The notes: generated from the letters alone by a model not told the origin. DNA of 64,000 bases from Eledone cirrhosa (GCA_964016885.1 OZ024754.1:14632001-14696000), one strand, 5' to 3'. Shown: positions 28,106 to 41,564, numbered from the stretch's first letter. Translations and numbers: made by a program.

Positions 28106-29015
28106 TGTCTTACTCCAAATCAACGTCGATCAAACAGTCGTATGGTCAAATACTTTCCAGCTCTGGACATCCCATCTTTTTTTTTTAAGGTAAGGAATGT
28201 TTATGTGACCCCGTTGCCTAATGTCTGGTTCAATTTCTTTCTATAGCGATGGTGTGTGATTTAAAGAATATCTGACTGATGTTTCTAGCAAATCAAGTGA
28301 CCACGTAGAGGCTTTTTCGTTGGCTCGTAATAAACATCAAATTAATTGTAACTGCCGACATTTATATGATAGATGAACACAACCTGCTCTTTTCTTGGAG
28401 GATTCCCGACCTATCCTATTTCTATGGAAACAATCCTGTCTGTTTATATTTCAATTATGAAGATGTGAAATACAAACTACGCAGATTTTAACATTAACTC
28501 GAAACAAACAAGAATTTACATAAGGGAGTAGTGACCGTTGCCAACACTCAACCAGAATAATGGCAAACGTATAAACAATGTCAGTGTAGGCATCCCAGAA
28601 CAGAGAGAATGTTAGGATATAAGGAGAAAGTGGTTCACCTGGCAAACAGCTATTAAGTCTCTTAAGTACCTATATGTTATTTATGTAGAGACTGAAGTAC
28701 GTAAGGTATTTGAAATCAGTTTATCCAACTAAACAACCGACCAGGTTAGCAGACATCAACGGAGAAGAATTACCAATATAAAAAACGTCAACAGTTGGAT
28801 ATATTTTCGAACAAATGAGGTATTATAGAGTTCTAGTTGTGATGTTATTGTAAATTGTTTTCTCTTGGAAGAAACGCATTTACTTGGTTAACACACACAT
28901 CTATGAAAGAAGCATTAAGACAGATGTTACATATTTATCATACGTATTTCTGTGACACCTGTGATGTTGTATATATACATATATATATATATTTATATAT
29001 ATATATATGTGTGTG

Positions 29016-29091
<76 letters not shown>

Positions 29092-29219
29092 TGTGTGTGT
29101 ATGCATAATTCAAAGCACATAGTTGCTATCTGGGAGATATGAAGTACTATTCCTCAGAGGGCCCGATGGCAATTTCTTTTTTCATCTTCAAGGGTCTTCA
29201 CCATATTTTATAACCTATA

Positions 29220-29274
<55 letters not shown>

Positions 29275-29280
<6 letters not shown>

Positions 29281-30035
29281 GTGAGGTTTTTTTTACAAAA
29301 TGAAAAATAACCGAGGTGTCCTACACGAGGGAAAGTATAAAGAAAAAGAGATGAAATCGAAAATGCAACTGGAGTCTTATTTTTTTTAAAATATATATAT
29401 TTATTTGGTTCCTTTACCGGTTTCGCAGTTCTTCTGCTTTTCAAAAGGTGAGTTGAGATGGAGGGTCTGTGGTTTTTCTCACATCTGGTTGGTCTCTGAA
29501 TGTTACTTGTTTTATATGGAAAAAGTGGCTCGAAATGCCAGGTTTTTCGAGAAGTAATTTGATTGGTTTGTCAATAATTATAATAAATTTCGCGCCAGTT
29601 CGCGTTACAATAGTTCTTCAAATAAGAGGGGGGGGGTTGTCACTGGTTGTTTTTTCATATATGAGTGTTTGAATTTCTTTTTTTTCAAGTAAAAAGAAAT
29701 TCAGACACTCATATATGAAAAAACAACCTGTGACAACCCCCCCCTCTTATTTGAAGAACTATTGTAACGCGAACTGGCGCGAAATTTATTATAATTATTG
29801 ACTAACCAATCAAATTACTTCTCGAAAAACCTGGCATTTCGAGCCACTTTTTCCATATAAAACAAGTAACATTCAGAGACCAACCAGATGTGAGAAAAAC
29901 CACAGACCCTCCATCTCAACTCACCTTTTGAAAAGCAGAAGAACTGCGAAACCGGTAAAGGAACCAAATAAATATATATATTTAAAAAAAAAATAAGACT
30001 CCAGTTGCATTTCGATTTCATCTCTTTTTCTTTAT

Positions 30036-30036
<1 letters not shown>
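29275..30036. mobile_element. Family C palindrome (about 340-bp arms, centre about 29685) with U3-A8 HHRs at 29411-29448 (-) and 29924-29961 (+)
   Basis: CCTT-TTGAAAA-GCAG AAGAA CTGC-GAAA-CCGG-TA-AAGG; (TA)n on both sides. Confidence 0.9.
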
Positions 30037-30121
<85 letters not shown>

Positions 30122-30209
30122 CACACACTTAAACCTTGTTTGTAAATAACATTATTCTTTCTGCACCTTCTGTTTAACATGTGCGGCACCACACTAATAC
30201 ATATCACTA

Positions 30210-30249
30210 TCTTTTGATAATGCATATAAATGCGGAAACCGGTAATAGA
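30210..30249 (+). ncRNA. U3-A8 variant hammerhead motif in a different sequence context
   Basis: TTGATAA-TGCAT ATAA ATGCG-GAAA-CCGG-TA; stem I imperfect. Confidence 0.65.
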
Positions 30250-30442
30250 CAATAATTAAATATATAAATAGATAAATAAATGCCATTGTTAAATAATAAA
30301 TAAATCAACTAATACCTTAACACTTCACACAAAGTAAAACATTTATTTCGTTTTAATCATTTTCTAACCCAGAAAAAAGAGACACACAAAAAAAGGAAAA
30401 AAATATTCTTTTCTTCCTCATAATCGTCTCTTTCTCCCCTGT

Positions 30443-30523
<81 letters not shown>

Positions 30524-30527
30524 AATA

Positions 30528-30860
30528 TAAATTAGCGAGAATGCTATTACGGCTTAGGAATTAACGAAAAACAACTTCCGAGATGTGTGGCAAGCGCTCA
30601 ATGATTCAGATGAACCAGAGCTACAACATACGTTAAAGGCCAAACGCACTGAGATGATGGTTAAACAATCATCCTCACAGCCAAAGAAACGACCAAGTAA
30701 TTTGGGTCAAACAAATGAAAATATATGTAATTGAAAATTTACCCGGACCCCTGGATGGTTGGTAAAATCCAGTATTTGGGTTTCTGCGACTCCTAAATCA
30801 AGTACTGTCCGCTTACATAAATAATGTTAGGCTTCTGGTACGATGATTGAACAAGGAAGC
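30528..30860 (+). repeat. Unclassified interspersed repeat, diverged inverted homolog at about 42585-42932
   Basis: Shared AAATTAGCGAGAAT..GGCAAGCGCTCAAT.ATTCA..CACTGAGATG.TGGTTAAAC..CTTACATAAA..ATGTTA. Confidence 0.65.
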
Positions 30861-31653
30861 CACTTTTTCAACAGGTTGTGTAATAGTATTGCCAGAATTA
30901 ATAACAGAATACAATCAGTGCTTGGTTGGTTTTCGCTTCTGTGTCTTTTATATCGGTTAATAGAATACAATAACCATTACACAGTCACCCAAACACGAAC
31001 ACACATCAAACAAAACACTATAAACACACGCAAACTCATGTGCAGAGAAGACAAAAAAAAAAAAAAAATAAACAAACTAAATAAAGATGGCGTAGACATA
31101 CAATGCAACGGGAGGAAACATAATAGCACCACTGACGATGTTGCAGATGTGCAACGAAAGAACTTTGTTAGACTATATATATGTGTTTGTGTCTATATTG
31201 TATCTGTATTTTTGACCGTTGGTCAGTCAATGGTAACATTGAGGACCGAATATATTAAATTAACCGATATAAAAAACACAGAAGCGAAAACCAACCAAAC
31301 AGTGAGTGTGGTCTGTTATTAATTCTGGCAATAGTATTACACATCTGGTGCGTTATGGTTCACCTGGTTTCTTACCACACTTTCTTTGTTATAAACATAT
31401 ATATATATATGTTGGTGTGTGTGTGTGTAAGTGTGTGTGTGTGTGTGTGCATGTGCATGTGTGTGTGTGTGTATGTGTATAAGATAACTAAGTTAGTAAA
31501 CCTATAGAATACTTGTCTTATGCTGGTTGAAGTTTGAAACCTTAGATAGCATTCATTTGCGTTGAGATTCATATGTGAGAACACATATCTGAGGAGCTTC
31601 CGATTCCATAGTGAAGAATTAACATGATTCGATATACATACATATATCTACCA

Positions 31654-31739
<86 letters not shown>

Positions 31740-31743
<4 letters not shown>

Positions 31744-33049
31744 AAATAACGAAACGAAATTAAATTTCGTTTCGTTTATAACTCACTTTTGTATGACTGA
31801 CGCTTAAACAATTAAGTTAAAAATGTACATCCACATATGTATACTGAAATACTAGTATGCATATGAATACACACACGTATACATATGTAGATGTACCGAG
31901 TTTTTCACTGGTCACTTTACTGTGAGTGTCCAGCTATTCTGTATGTAAACACACAGACAAACCGGTTTTTAGAGTCATACTGGTTTTTGAGGAAACACCT
32001 TTCCTCTATTCTCCAGAAAGCCAGACAAGGAATATTGAACTAGTTTCGATGTTGTTACATCTCATCAGCAATATTTACCTATCTTCCGGCCCTTCTAGAG
32101 AATCGTAAAAGCACATATCGTTATATGCTTTTTCTATGAAAATTAGTAGTGGGAAGACTAATTTGCATAGAGCGTGAGTACGTACCGGTTCAACGGAGAC
32201 GATAAAAACAAATAACGAAACGAAATTAAATTTCGTTTCGTTTGTAACTCACTTTTGTATGACTGACGCTTAAACAATTAAGTTAAAAATGTACATCCAC
32301 ATATGTATACTGAAATACTAGTATGCATATGAATACACACACGTATACATATGTAGATGTACCGAGTTTTTCACTGGTCACTTTACTGTGAGTGTCCAGC
32401 TATTCTGTATGTAAACACACAGACAAACCGGTTTTTAGAGTCATACTGGTTTTTGAGGAAACACCTTTCCTCTATTCTCCAGAAAGCCAGACAAGGAATA
32501 TTGAACTACATATGTATACGTGTGTGTATTCATATGCATACTAGTATTTCAGTATACATATGTGGATGTACATTTTTAACTTAATTGTTTAAGCGTCAGT
32601 CATACAAAAGTGAGTTACAAACGAAACGAAATTTAATTTCGTTTCGTTATTTGTTTTTATCGTCTCCGTTGAACCGGTACGTACTCACGCTCTATGCAAA
32701 TTAGTCTGCCCACTACTAATTTTCATAGAAAAAACATATAACGATATGTGCTTTTACGATTCTCTAGAAGGGCCGGAAGATAGGTAAATATTGCTGATGA
32801 GATGTAACAACATCGAAACTAGTTCAATATTCCTTGTCTGGCTTTCTGGAGAATAGAGGAAAGGTGTTTCCTCAAAAACCAGTATGACTCTAAAAACCGG
32901 TTTGTCTGTGTGTTTACATACAGAATAGCTGGACACTCACAGTAAAGTGACCAGTGAAAAACTCGGTACATCTACATATGTATACGTGTGTGTATTCATA
33001 TGCATACTAGTATTTCAGTATACATATGTGGATGTACATTTTTAACTTA

Positions 33050-33053
<4 letters not shown>
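31740..33053. mobile_element. Family I/H: 466-nt tandem on minus strand (31740-32508) fused to an inverted copy (32506-33053); HHRs at 32031-32075 (-) and 32787-32831 (+)
   Basis: 31891 repeats at 32357; AATATTG-CTGATGA-GATG TAACAA CATC-GAAA-CTAG-TT-CAATATT; (TA)n on both sides. Confidence 0.9.
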
Positions 33054-33111
<58 letters not shown>

Positions 33112-33112
<1 letters not shown>

Positions 33113-34789
33113 TAGCTGAGCTACCCGGTGATTCCTGGGTATTTTATTAAAGTTACACTATTTGACTATTGAAATATGATTGCTGAATTTTAACTAAAGT
33201 AGGAATTATAGCAGAATATTTATTGCCGTTTGTTTAAAGCAAATCGTGTAGATCAAAATATTATTAGTTTTGTCCAGTGGTAATTTTTTTAATACTGCTC
33301 CTTATTACAGTAAGCATATATAATGCTTCACACATGGAATAATCATTAGGTATGTCGTCAGTGAAAAGGCCAAGACCCCAAAAATAAATTTAGATTTTAT
33401 TTATCCGTTTTTTTTTCTTTTGCACAATCAGAACCTCTCAAAATTCAAACAAAATCTGAAGGTTATTTTAAAAAGCATAAATTAAAAAAAATAAATAAAT
33501 AGATTTACCATTGGTTTATAAATGAATGAAGAATTTACTTACTCATTTCTGTAATTCAGGAAAGTTTATTTAAATGTGTATAAGTGTGGTAAATATATAC
33601 ATATACACCAGGAATCAAACTCCCACTGTTAGTTCCTCCATCTCTCCCGATCTCCCCATCACTCACTATTATGAGCAAATGGGGGCCCACGCGCGGGCCG
33701 CCCAGCAGCCCAGGCGGTCGGAATAGAGGATGGCGAGGGAGACGCGCTGGAAAATCCATTCCGGCTTGCGAGGCTCACCCCTGTGGATAGCCAACTCTGT
33801 GCCGATGGTGGTGAGTTGGGAGGTAGCCCTAGAGCCAAGGACACCAGAAGTCTCCATTGCTATGGGATCACCAACAAACCTGTCGGAGAGCGACCGATAT
33901 TTTGAGAGTTTACGCTCCTTAGCCCAAAGTGCGGCAGAGCCTGGGTTAACTAAAATTTTTACACTGTAGCTTTCACCAACTTTTACCTCTATGGCAGTAG
34001 GATCTTGTTTGAGGGAGATTTGTTTTCTATTTCTTTTAGGTACACCAACAGTTATAGTGGCTTCCATGACATACACACACAAGCATGTGTGTGTGTGTGT
34101 AAGACTGTTCGCTGTTTGAAATGGATTTGGCTAATATTTCTAGTAGATCAAGGTGTCACATACAACCTTTCCTTTTTGCTTCATATATACATAGATGAAA
34201 TAGTAGACTGGTATATATATGTCTCTAACTTAAGTACGGTGATAAACAAACATGCACTCACACAGACTTATCTCTAATTTAAGAACGCCAAGACACACAC
34301 ACGGCCTCATTACGACTTTTGTGAAAGAGAGAGAGAGAAAGAGAGGTAACGTTAAGAAAGGAGTTAGTTAAGAACCGTTTAAAAAATAAATAAATAAAAG
34401 TTAGTTATCGAACTATGCTATCATTTTTCTGTTTTCTTTCTCGCTCTTCCCTAATCCACTTCTCTCTTTTTTTGGCTCTCTTTCTCTTTTATCTCCTCTC
34501 TTTCATCTCCTCTCTCTCTTTCTCTACAGAATGAAGAACAAAAAAAAAACAAATAAGTTGTTGCCTCGTTTTGGAAGACTGAGTTGTGGGAAGAGAAAGG
34601 AGAGTAGTGGAAGGGAGGGTTTAATGTCCCCATGGGTTCCATTATTGATTTTAATTGAAATCCAGTTAGCCAGTCCTGTTCCTGAATATTAGTTTAAAAT
34701 GTGTATAAAGTTTCATCAGGATCAGATCAATGGTTTAGACGCCAACTGGTAACACACAGACAGACAGAAATTACCATTTATATAGTAGA
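33112..34789 (-). mobile_element. Non-autonomous Helitron (TC...CTAG, between A and T)
   Basis: Minus strand starts A|TCTACTATATAAATGG..(CTGT)n and ends CCCAGGAATCACCGGG hairpin..AGCTAG|T. Confidence 0.75.
33680..33950 (-). pseudogene. C-terminal restriction-like endonuclease fragment of a CRE-type non-LTR retrotransposon
   Basis: GSAALWAKERKLSKYRSL..PIAMETSGVLG..GEPR..WIFQRVSLAI matches the K..KY / PIAxETxG / QRxSxAI pattern. Confidence 0.75.
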
Positions 34790-34801
34790 TATATATGTAT
34801 A

Positions 34802-35063
34802 TAATGAAAGAATGAAGAATAACACGCATACGCTATACTGTAGGGTTTATTCCAAGCATTAACATATGTTTCATTGACTAGTATGTGATTGGATGCGTCT
34901 TAAAATAACTATCTGCAATGATGTTGTGACTCCCGATTTTAAATACTTCGCATACAAGTCAAATTATCAGATAGCGATTATACCAGTCAACGAAACATAT
35001 GTTAATGCTTGGAATAAACCTTATGGTATAGCTTATACTTGTTGTCCTTCATGTTTTCATTAT
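34802..35063. mobile_element. Fold-back element with 3'-half HHR
   Basis: Arms about 34802-34885 and 34980-35063; GAAA-CATATG-TT-AATGC then AATAAA. Confidence 0.6.
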
Positions 35064-35399
35064 TAAAAATTCCAGGAACTGCTTACATAGGAAATATCCG
35101 AAATCGGCCATCCGAACGCCACAACTAAGTAAACATCTTGTTGAGTCAGTTGAGTCAACCAACGCCGCTCGTTAAAACCCTCCACAGTACAGATTACTCG
35201 TAACCTCTCCTGGATTACCTTAAACGATACCCCCTTTTACTTCAATATATATGTATATCTATATATATATATATATATATATATATGAGGGTCATAAAAT
35301 TCTCATCTAAGCACACAACAGACAAAAACAAGATGGTGTAGGAACGAACAAAGGAGAGACACAATATATATGTATATATGTATATATATATATATATAT

Positions 35400-36916
35400 A
35401 ATTATAAAGAATTAATATCTAGTAACATATATATACATACAGATGCATATCAATGCTAGCAAATATATAGGTTTGCCTTAGTAACTTTGTGGTTCAATGC
35501 ATGGGGTTGCAGAACAATAATATGAGAGACGTAAAATAAGAAAATTATAAAATTAACTTACTTAATAAAATATCACTTCCAACTAATTAGTTTCTGAAAT
35601 GGAATAAATATACTTTACGAAGAAAGCATAGAGAATCATTTCGTCGTCAGGGAAGACTATTCTCAGCTAAGTATCCAGGCAAAGCGTGGACTCTGGATCT
35701 TATTCAAAAATAATTCAGTGGATAGAAAATAGCAAAGCGTGGACTGAATTCCTAGCCATTGAGAAAATCACTGCCTCTGCGTCGGTGGCAAATTCAAAAA
35801 GAATCAATCACGTGACATCGAGGTCATTCAGTGGAAAGTGGTTTGCTAATAAGACAGCGGCCTGCCTGCTACCATAGCAGCAGTCTTGGTCAATATTGCT
35901 CGACAAATAATTTGGAGATAATTATAAAGAATTAATATCTAGTAACATATATATACATACAGATGCATATCAATGCTAGCAAATATATAGGTTTTGTCTT
36001 AGTAACTTTGTGGTTCAATGCATGGGGTTGCAGAACAATAATATGCTATGGTAGCAGGCAAGCCGCTGTCTTATTAGCAAACCAGTTTCCACAGATTAAC
36101 CTCGATGTCACGTGATTGATTCTTTTTGAATTTGCCACCAACGCAGAGGCAGTGATTTTCTCAATGGCTAGGAATTCAGTCCACGCTTTGCTATTTTCTA
36201 TCCACTGAATTATTTTTGAATAAGTTTCCAGAGTCCACGCTTTGCCTGGATACTTAGCTGAGAATAGTCTTCCCTGACGACGAAATGATTCTCTATGCTT
36301 TCTTCGGAAAGTATATTTATTCCATTTCAGAAACTAATTAGTTGGAAGTGATATTTTAGTAAGTAAGTTAATTTTATAATTTTCTTATTTTACGTCTCTC
36401 ATATTATTGTTCTGCAACCCCATGCATTGAACCACAAAGTTACTAAGGCAAAACCTATATATTTGCTAGCATTGATATGCATCTGTATGTATATATATGT
36501 TACTAGATATTAATTCTTTATAATTATCTCCAAATTATTTGTCGAGCAATATTGGCAAAGACTGCTGCTATGGTAGCAGGCAGGCCGCTGTCTTATTAGC
36601 AAACCACTTTCCACTGATTGACCTCGATGTCACGTGATTGATTCTTTTTGAATTTGCCACCGACGCAGAGGCAGTGATTTTCTCAATGGCTAGGAATTCA
36701 GTCCACGCTTTGCTATTTTCTATCCACTGAATTATTTTTGAATAAGTTTCCAGAGTCCATGCTTTGCCTGGATACTTAGCTGAGAATAGTCTTCCCTGAC
36801 GACGAAATGATTCTCTATGCTTTCTTCGGAAAGTATATTTATTCCATTTCAGAAACTAATTAGTTGGAAGTGATATTTTAGTAAGTAAGTTAATTTTATA
36901 ATTTTCTTATTTTACG

Positions 36917-36924
<8 letters not shown>
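35400..36924. mobile_element. Family G: inverted pair of partial tandem arrays of a 522-nt monomer; HHRs at 35576-35655 (-), 36269-36348 (+), 36791-36870 (+)
   Basis: CTTCC-CTGACGA-(GAAATG..TATGCTTTC TTCG GAAAGTATA..CATTTC)-GAAA-CTAATTAG-TT-GGAAG; period 36791-36269 = 522. Confidence 0.9.
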
Positions 36925-37007
<83 letters not shown>

Positions 37008-37116
37008 GTTATATTTGGGGAGGGTCATGTTGTTATTTTATTTCCCTATAGTTAATTTAGCTGGTGATCGATGGTTATGATTGATTGACCAACAGTTAAA
37101 AATATATATATATATT

Positions 37117-37320
37117 TACTACCTCGCTCAGAACGCGGATGTAGCCATCGGTGTTCAGCTTGAGGCCCTCAGGGAAGAAGTGAGGTGGCATGACGTCACC
37201 TTCACTGCTGATGACACCTAAGACCAATGTTGTCGCTGGAAACTTTGTCTGCATGACTCTGGGCACGTCTTTGGATGAGACAGCGAGCCACCTGTTGTTC
37301 TGGGAGTTGATCTTCTGGTC
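37117..37320 (-). pseudogene. Internal fragment of a Tc1/mariner-superfamily (maT/DD37D-like) transposase
   Basis: Hand translation DQKINSQNNRWLAVSSKDVPRVMQTKFPATTLVLGVISSEGDVMPPHFFPEGLKLNTDGYIRVLSEVV. Confidence 0.8.
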
Positions 37321-37562
37321 TTATTTGTCCTCCCGGCGCGGATTCCAAGAAGAACTCCGTGTCTCTTCCACAAATTTGGAGGTTCAAAATTATTCATAAT
37401 CAATTATTCTGAAAATAAATAATGGAAATATAGTCACTGTTTTTATGAAGACAAGAGTGACAACGGAAGTAAAAAAAATTTGCATAAAATTAGAAGTTGA
37501 AAATTGCGAACAAATATCGTCCACACCCATTTATATTGATATATATATATATATATAGTCCC

Positions 37563-37603
37563 TCGTAGTTCTTTCGTCACGCACCTGTGACATCATCAGT
37601 GAT
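37563..37603 (-). ncRNA. Hammerhead motif, family B-like
   Basis: Minus strand CTGATGA-T GTCAC AGGTGC GTGAC-GAAA-GAAC-TA; stem I weak. Confidence 0.7.
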
Positions 37604-37839
37604 ACCATCACTGTATACAAAGTACAAGTAAATATATGTGTGCTATAGTGAGGTGCAACATTTTTGCCATTAGCTTCATGAAATTTAAAAGCCAATGAAA
37701 GAAACAAGAAACGTAGTTATCGTTACACCCTTCCAGACGATGTTTAGATCGGTCAAATGATTAAAAAGTAACTTTCTAATAAACACAATCATACAAATTC
37801 AGACAGACTTATACACACTTGAAGGTGTGTTTTTATAAC

Positions 37840-37966
<127 letters not shown>

Positions 37967-38337
37967 ATGTATATATGTATGTGTCCCTGAGACGTCTATA
38001 GATATATTTCTGCATATCTTTGTGTGTTTTCACTAAAAACGTTGTGAGAAAACAAAACAAGGGAAGAGAAAAAATAATATGAAAACAAGAATAGTAATAA
38101 CATATCCAGGTCCCGATAACTCCGTATCTAAACATGACTTGAGAGAAATAAATATTTCCAACTTCATTCATTTATATTTGATCTTCCTTTCATCTCCGCC
38201 ATAAACACGTTTCCCTATTCTTTGCTATCTTTACTCATATCTTTGTTTGTAATATTTGTTTGTTTGTACTTACATTAGTGCTCAGGAATATGTTTTTGCA
38301 TACATTATATATATATATATATATCGCTCTCTCTATC

Positions 38338-38483
<146 letters not shown>

Positions 38484-38608
38484 GAGATAGATAGATAGAT
38501 AGGTATGTATGGTATATATGTGTTTATATATATATATATATAGGACACTGATGAGGTCACTCTAAGTCCTGCATCACAATTGGATGATGAAAACGGGTCT
38601 CTCTCTCT

Positions 38609-38708
<100 letters not shown>

Positions 38709-38719
38709 TATATATATAT

Positions 38720-39097
38720 ATTGTTATACTTTGGGAGGGTCATGTTACCAATAAGAAACACACGCACCAGTTGCTTTCACTTCAATTTATTATAATAAAT
38801 TTATAAATTTAGGAATTTATAAATTTCCGGTTGGTTGGTTGGTTCCACAACCAGATGGTTGTTTATATATTCTGTGACCTCTTCAGTGACTGGGGATTCT
38901 TTTCTTTGTTTTTGTGCCTCTCCCTTGTTCTGTCCTACGCCATCTTGTATAAATTTATAAATTTATTATAATAAATTGAAGTGAGAGCAACTGGTGCGTG
39001 CGTTTCTTATTGGCAACATGACCCTCCCAAAGTATAACAATATCGGTTTCAACACACGTTTTCAGATAAAGAATCTTGCTAAACAAATTCAGAAACG

Positions 39098-39100
<3 letters not shown>
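38720..39100. mobile_element. Family B fold-back copy with internally deleted HHR
   Basis: Arms 38720-38825 and 38948-39041; only the AGTCA-CTGAAGA-GGTCACAG half remains at about 38871-38891. Confidence 0.8.
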
Positions 39101-39152
<52 letters not shown>

Positions 39153-39180
39153 CACATATAAAAAATATGAGGAAATAATA

Positions 39181-39245
39181 GACTGCTGTTTCGCCGTTCT
39201 GTGTGCAACGTTCTGCATCGTTGTGAGGCTGATACGGCTTATCAA
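39181..39245 (-). ncRNA. U3-A8 hammerhead core without recognisable stem I
   Basis: Minus strand TTGATAA-GCCGT...ACGGC-GAAA-CAGCAG-TC. Confidence 0.45.
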
Positions 39246-39510
39246 GAGACCCCGCTAAAAAAAAGGGCTGCTTCTTCGATGCGTTGGTAGCAAGTGAGAA
39301 CATCTCTAGCGACGGAGGGAGGAATTAACACGAGATACAGTGGTGAAAAAAAAGGAGTTTCATTCGAGAGGTGGGGGGAGAAAGTAACACGTGATACACT
39401 GGGTAGTAAGGTGTACATTGAGCGAATAACGTATTTGCTAGAAAAAGCAGTTAGTACACTCCTGGGTTAACTCGACCATAGGGAGGTTTTGGACAATATA
39501 ATATTGAAAG

Positions 39511-39544
<34 letters not shown>

Positions 39545-39800
39545 GCGTGTGTATGATGTCCGCCTTAACACGTTTTGCCCGATGACCGAAAGAGCTATAA
39601 TAATCGAAATAATTAAAATAATTAGAGCTATTTATCAAATTATATCTATATAAATATATATATATATATATATATGTAGGAGGTGAGTTTTATTGTAGCA
39701 CAATAAAGTATGCAAATATCGGGTAAGTAGCACTCAACAGTTTATAGGACTGGAGTACCACTGCTTGCAAGTGTTTTTTAAGCATCATATCACGTCTCCC

Positions 39801-39871
39801 TATTTTATCTGATGAGAACGCAAATATCATCCCATGATGATATTTGTTTTTGGAATGCGCATAATAAAATA
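39801..39871 (+). ncRNA. Hammerhead motif with GGAA in place of GAAA
   Basis: TATTTTAT-CTGATGA-..GCAAATATCATC CCAT GATGATATTTGT..-GGAA-TGCGCA-TA-ATAAAATA. Confidence 0.75.
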
Positions 39872-39897
39872 CATGGAACCTTTTTAACCATCTTTTG

Positions 39898-40553
<656 letters not shown>

Positions 40554-40592
40554 GATATTAACAAATGGAAACTATATTTATAAAACCATATT

Positions 40593-40656
40593 TATTTCAT
40601 TATACATATTTCAATACACCAAGTTAAATTACGGTGTGTTTTCATCAGATAAAATA
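40593..40656 (-). ncRNA. Hammerhead motif
   Basis: Minus strand TATTTTAT-CTGATGA-AA ACACC..GGTGT ATT-GAAA-TATGTA-TA-ATGAAATA; homologous to 43571-43890. Confidence 0.8.
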
Positions 40657-40899
40657 TAATATAGATCAGTTTTATAAATAAATATTGACATACCCTTAAA
40701 GAATGCAACCATTACTGTTGGAATCTCCCGGATAGCCGATTGCTTCAAGACGCTTATATATATATATATAAAGATGTTGAGTATATGTTGGTTGTTCCTC
40801 AGTGAAATAACAACCCAACCAGGAACTGGGCATATCAGAGTATTGACAATATTATACACCTCATCAACATATGTACTTGTCTATACCACACTAATTCGG

Positions 40900-40954
40900 A
40901 CTGCCTGAAGAGGTCACAGCCAAAGATGGCTGTCACTGAAATATATATAGCAGT
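40900..40954 (+). ncRNA. Hammerhead motif
   Basis: ACTGC-CTGAAGA-G GTCACAGCC AAAGAT GGCTGTCAC T-GAAA-TATATA-TA-GCAGT, then AATAAA. Confidence 0.9.
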
Positions 40955-41007
40955 AATAAACGAAGCTAAATTTTAAACATTTGACTTTTTATTTAACTTT
41001 ATTTTAT

Positions 41008-41095
<88 letters not shown>

Positions 41096-41336
41096 GAATA
41101 ATCGAGTATCGAAAAATCGGCGCACGAGTTCACGATAAACAAAATTCGAAATGAGCGGCAGAGGGCTCAATAATTCAGATAAATCAGAGCTGTAACTATC
41201 GTTAAAATACCGACACACATAGAACATGTCTAAAATCAACCATACGACCGAAAAATTACGATCTGGAAGATTCGGGACACTCAGATAAAATATCAATAAA
41301 TCAATAAATCAAATGAATGTATATATATATATATAT

Positions 41337-41564
41337 AACGAAGGAAATGTGGTAAGGAACCAGGTGGACCATAACGCACCAAAGTACTCAATACTTAGGG
41401 TAGTAGAGTGGGTAATAGGAACCAGTAAGACCCCGACGGCTGAGCTCAAGCCGTTTCGACGGCTAATTCTGGACCGGAATTCTGGTCCAGAATTAGCCGT
41501 CGAATTCTGGTCCAGAATTAGCCGTCGAAACGGCTTGAGCTCAGCCGCCGGGGTCTTACTGGTT

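Noticed and set aside
29335-30036. Classifying the long palindromes as MITEs
   Set aside because: Arm ends and pivots vary between copies, single-arm copies exist (14208, 42069), and arms carry oriented HHRs; this fits retro-inversion better than fixed TIRs
38548-38600. Isolated CTGATGA/CTGAGGA words (also near 19861, 29150, 31588, 61689)
   Set aside because: No correctly placed stem II plus GAAA plus NUH; not counted as hammerheads
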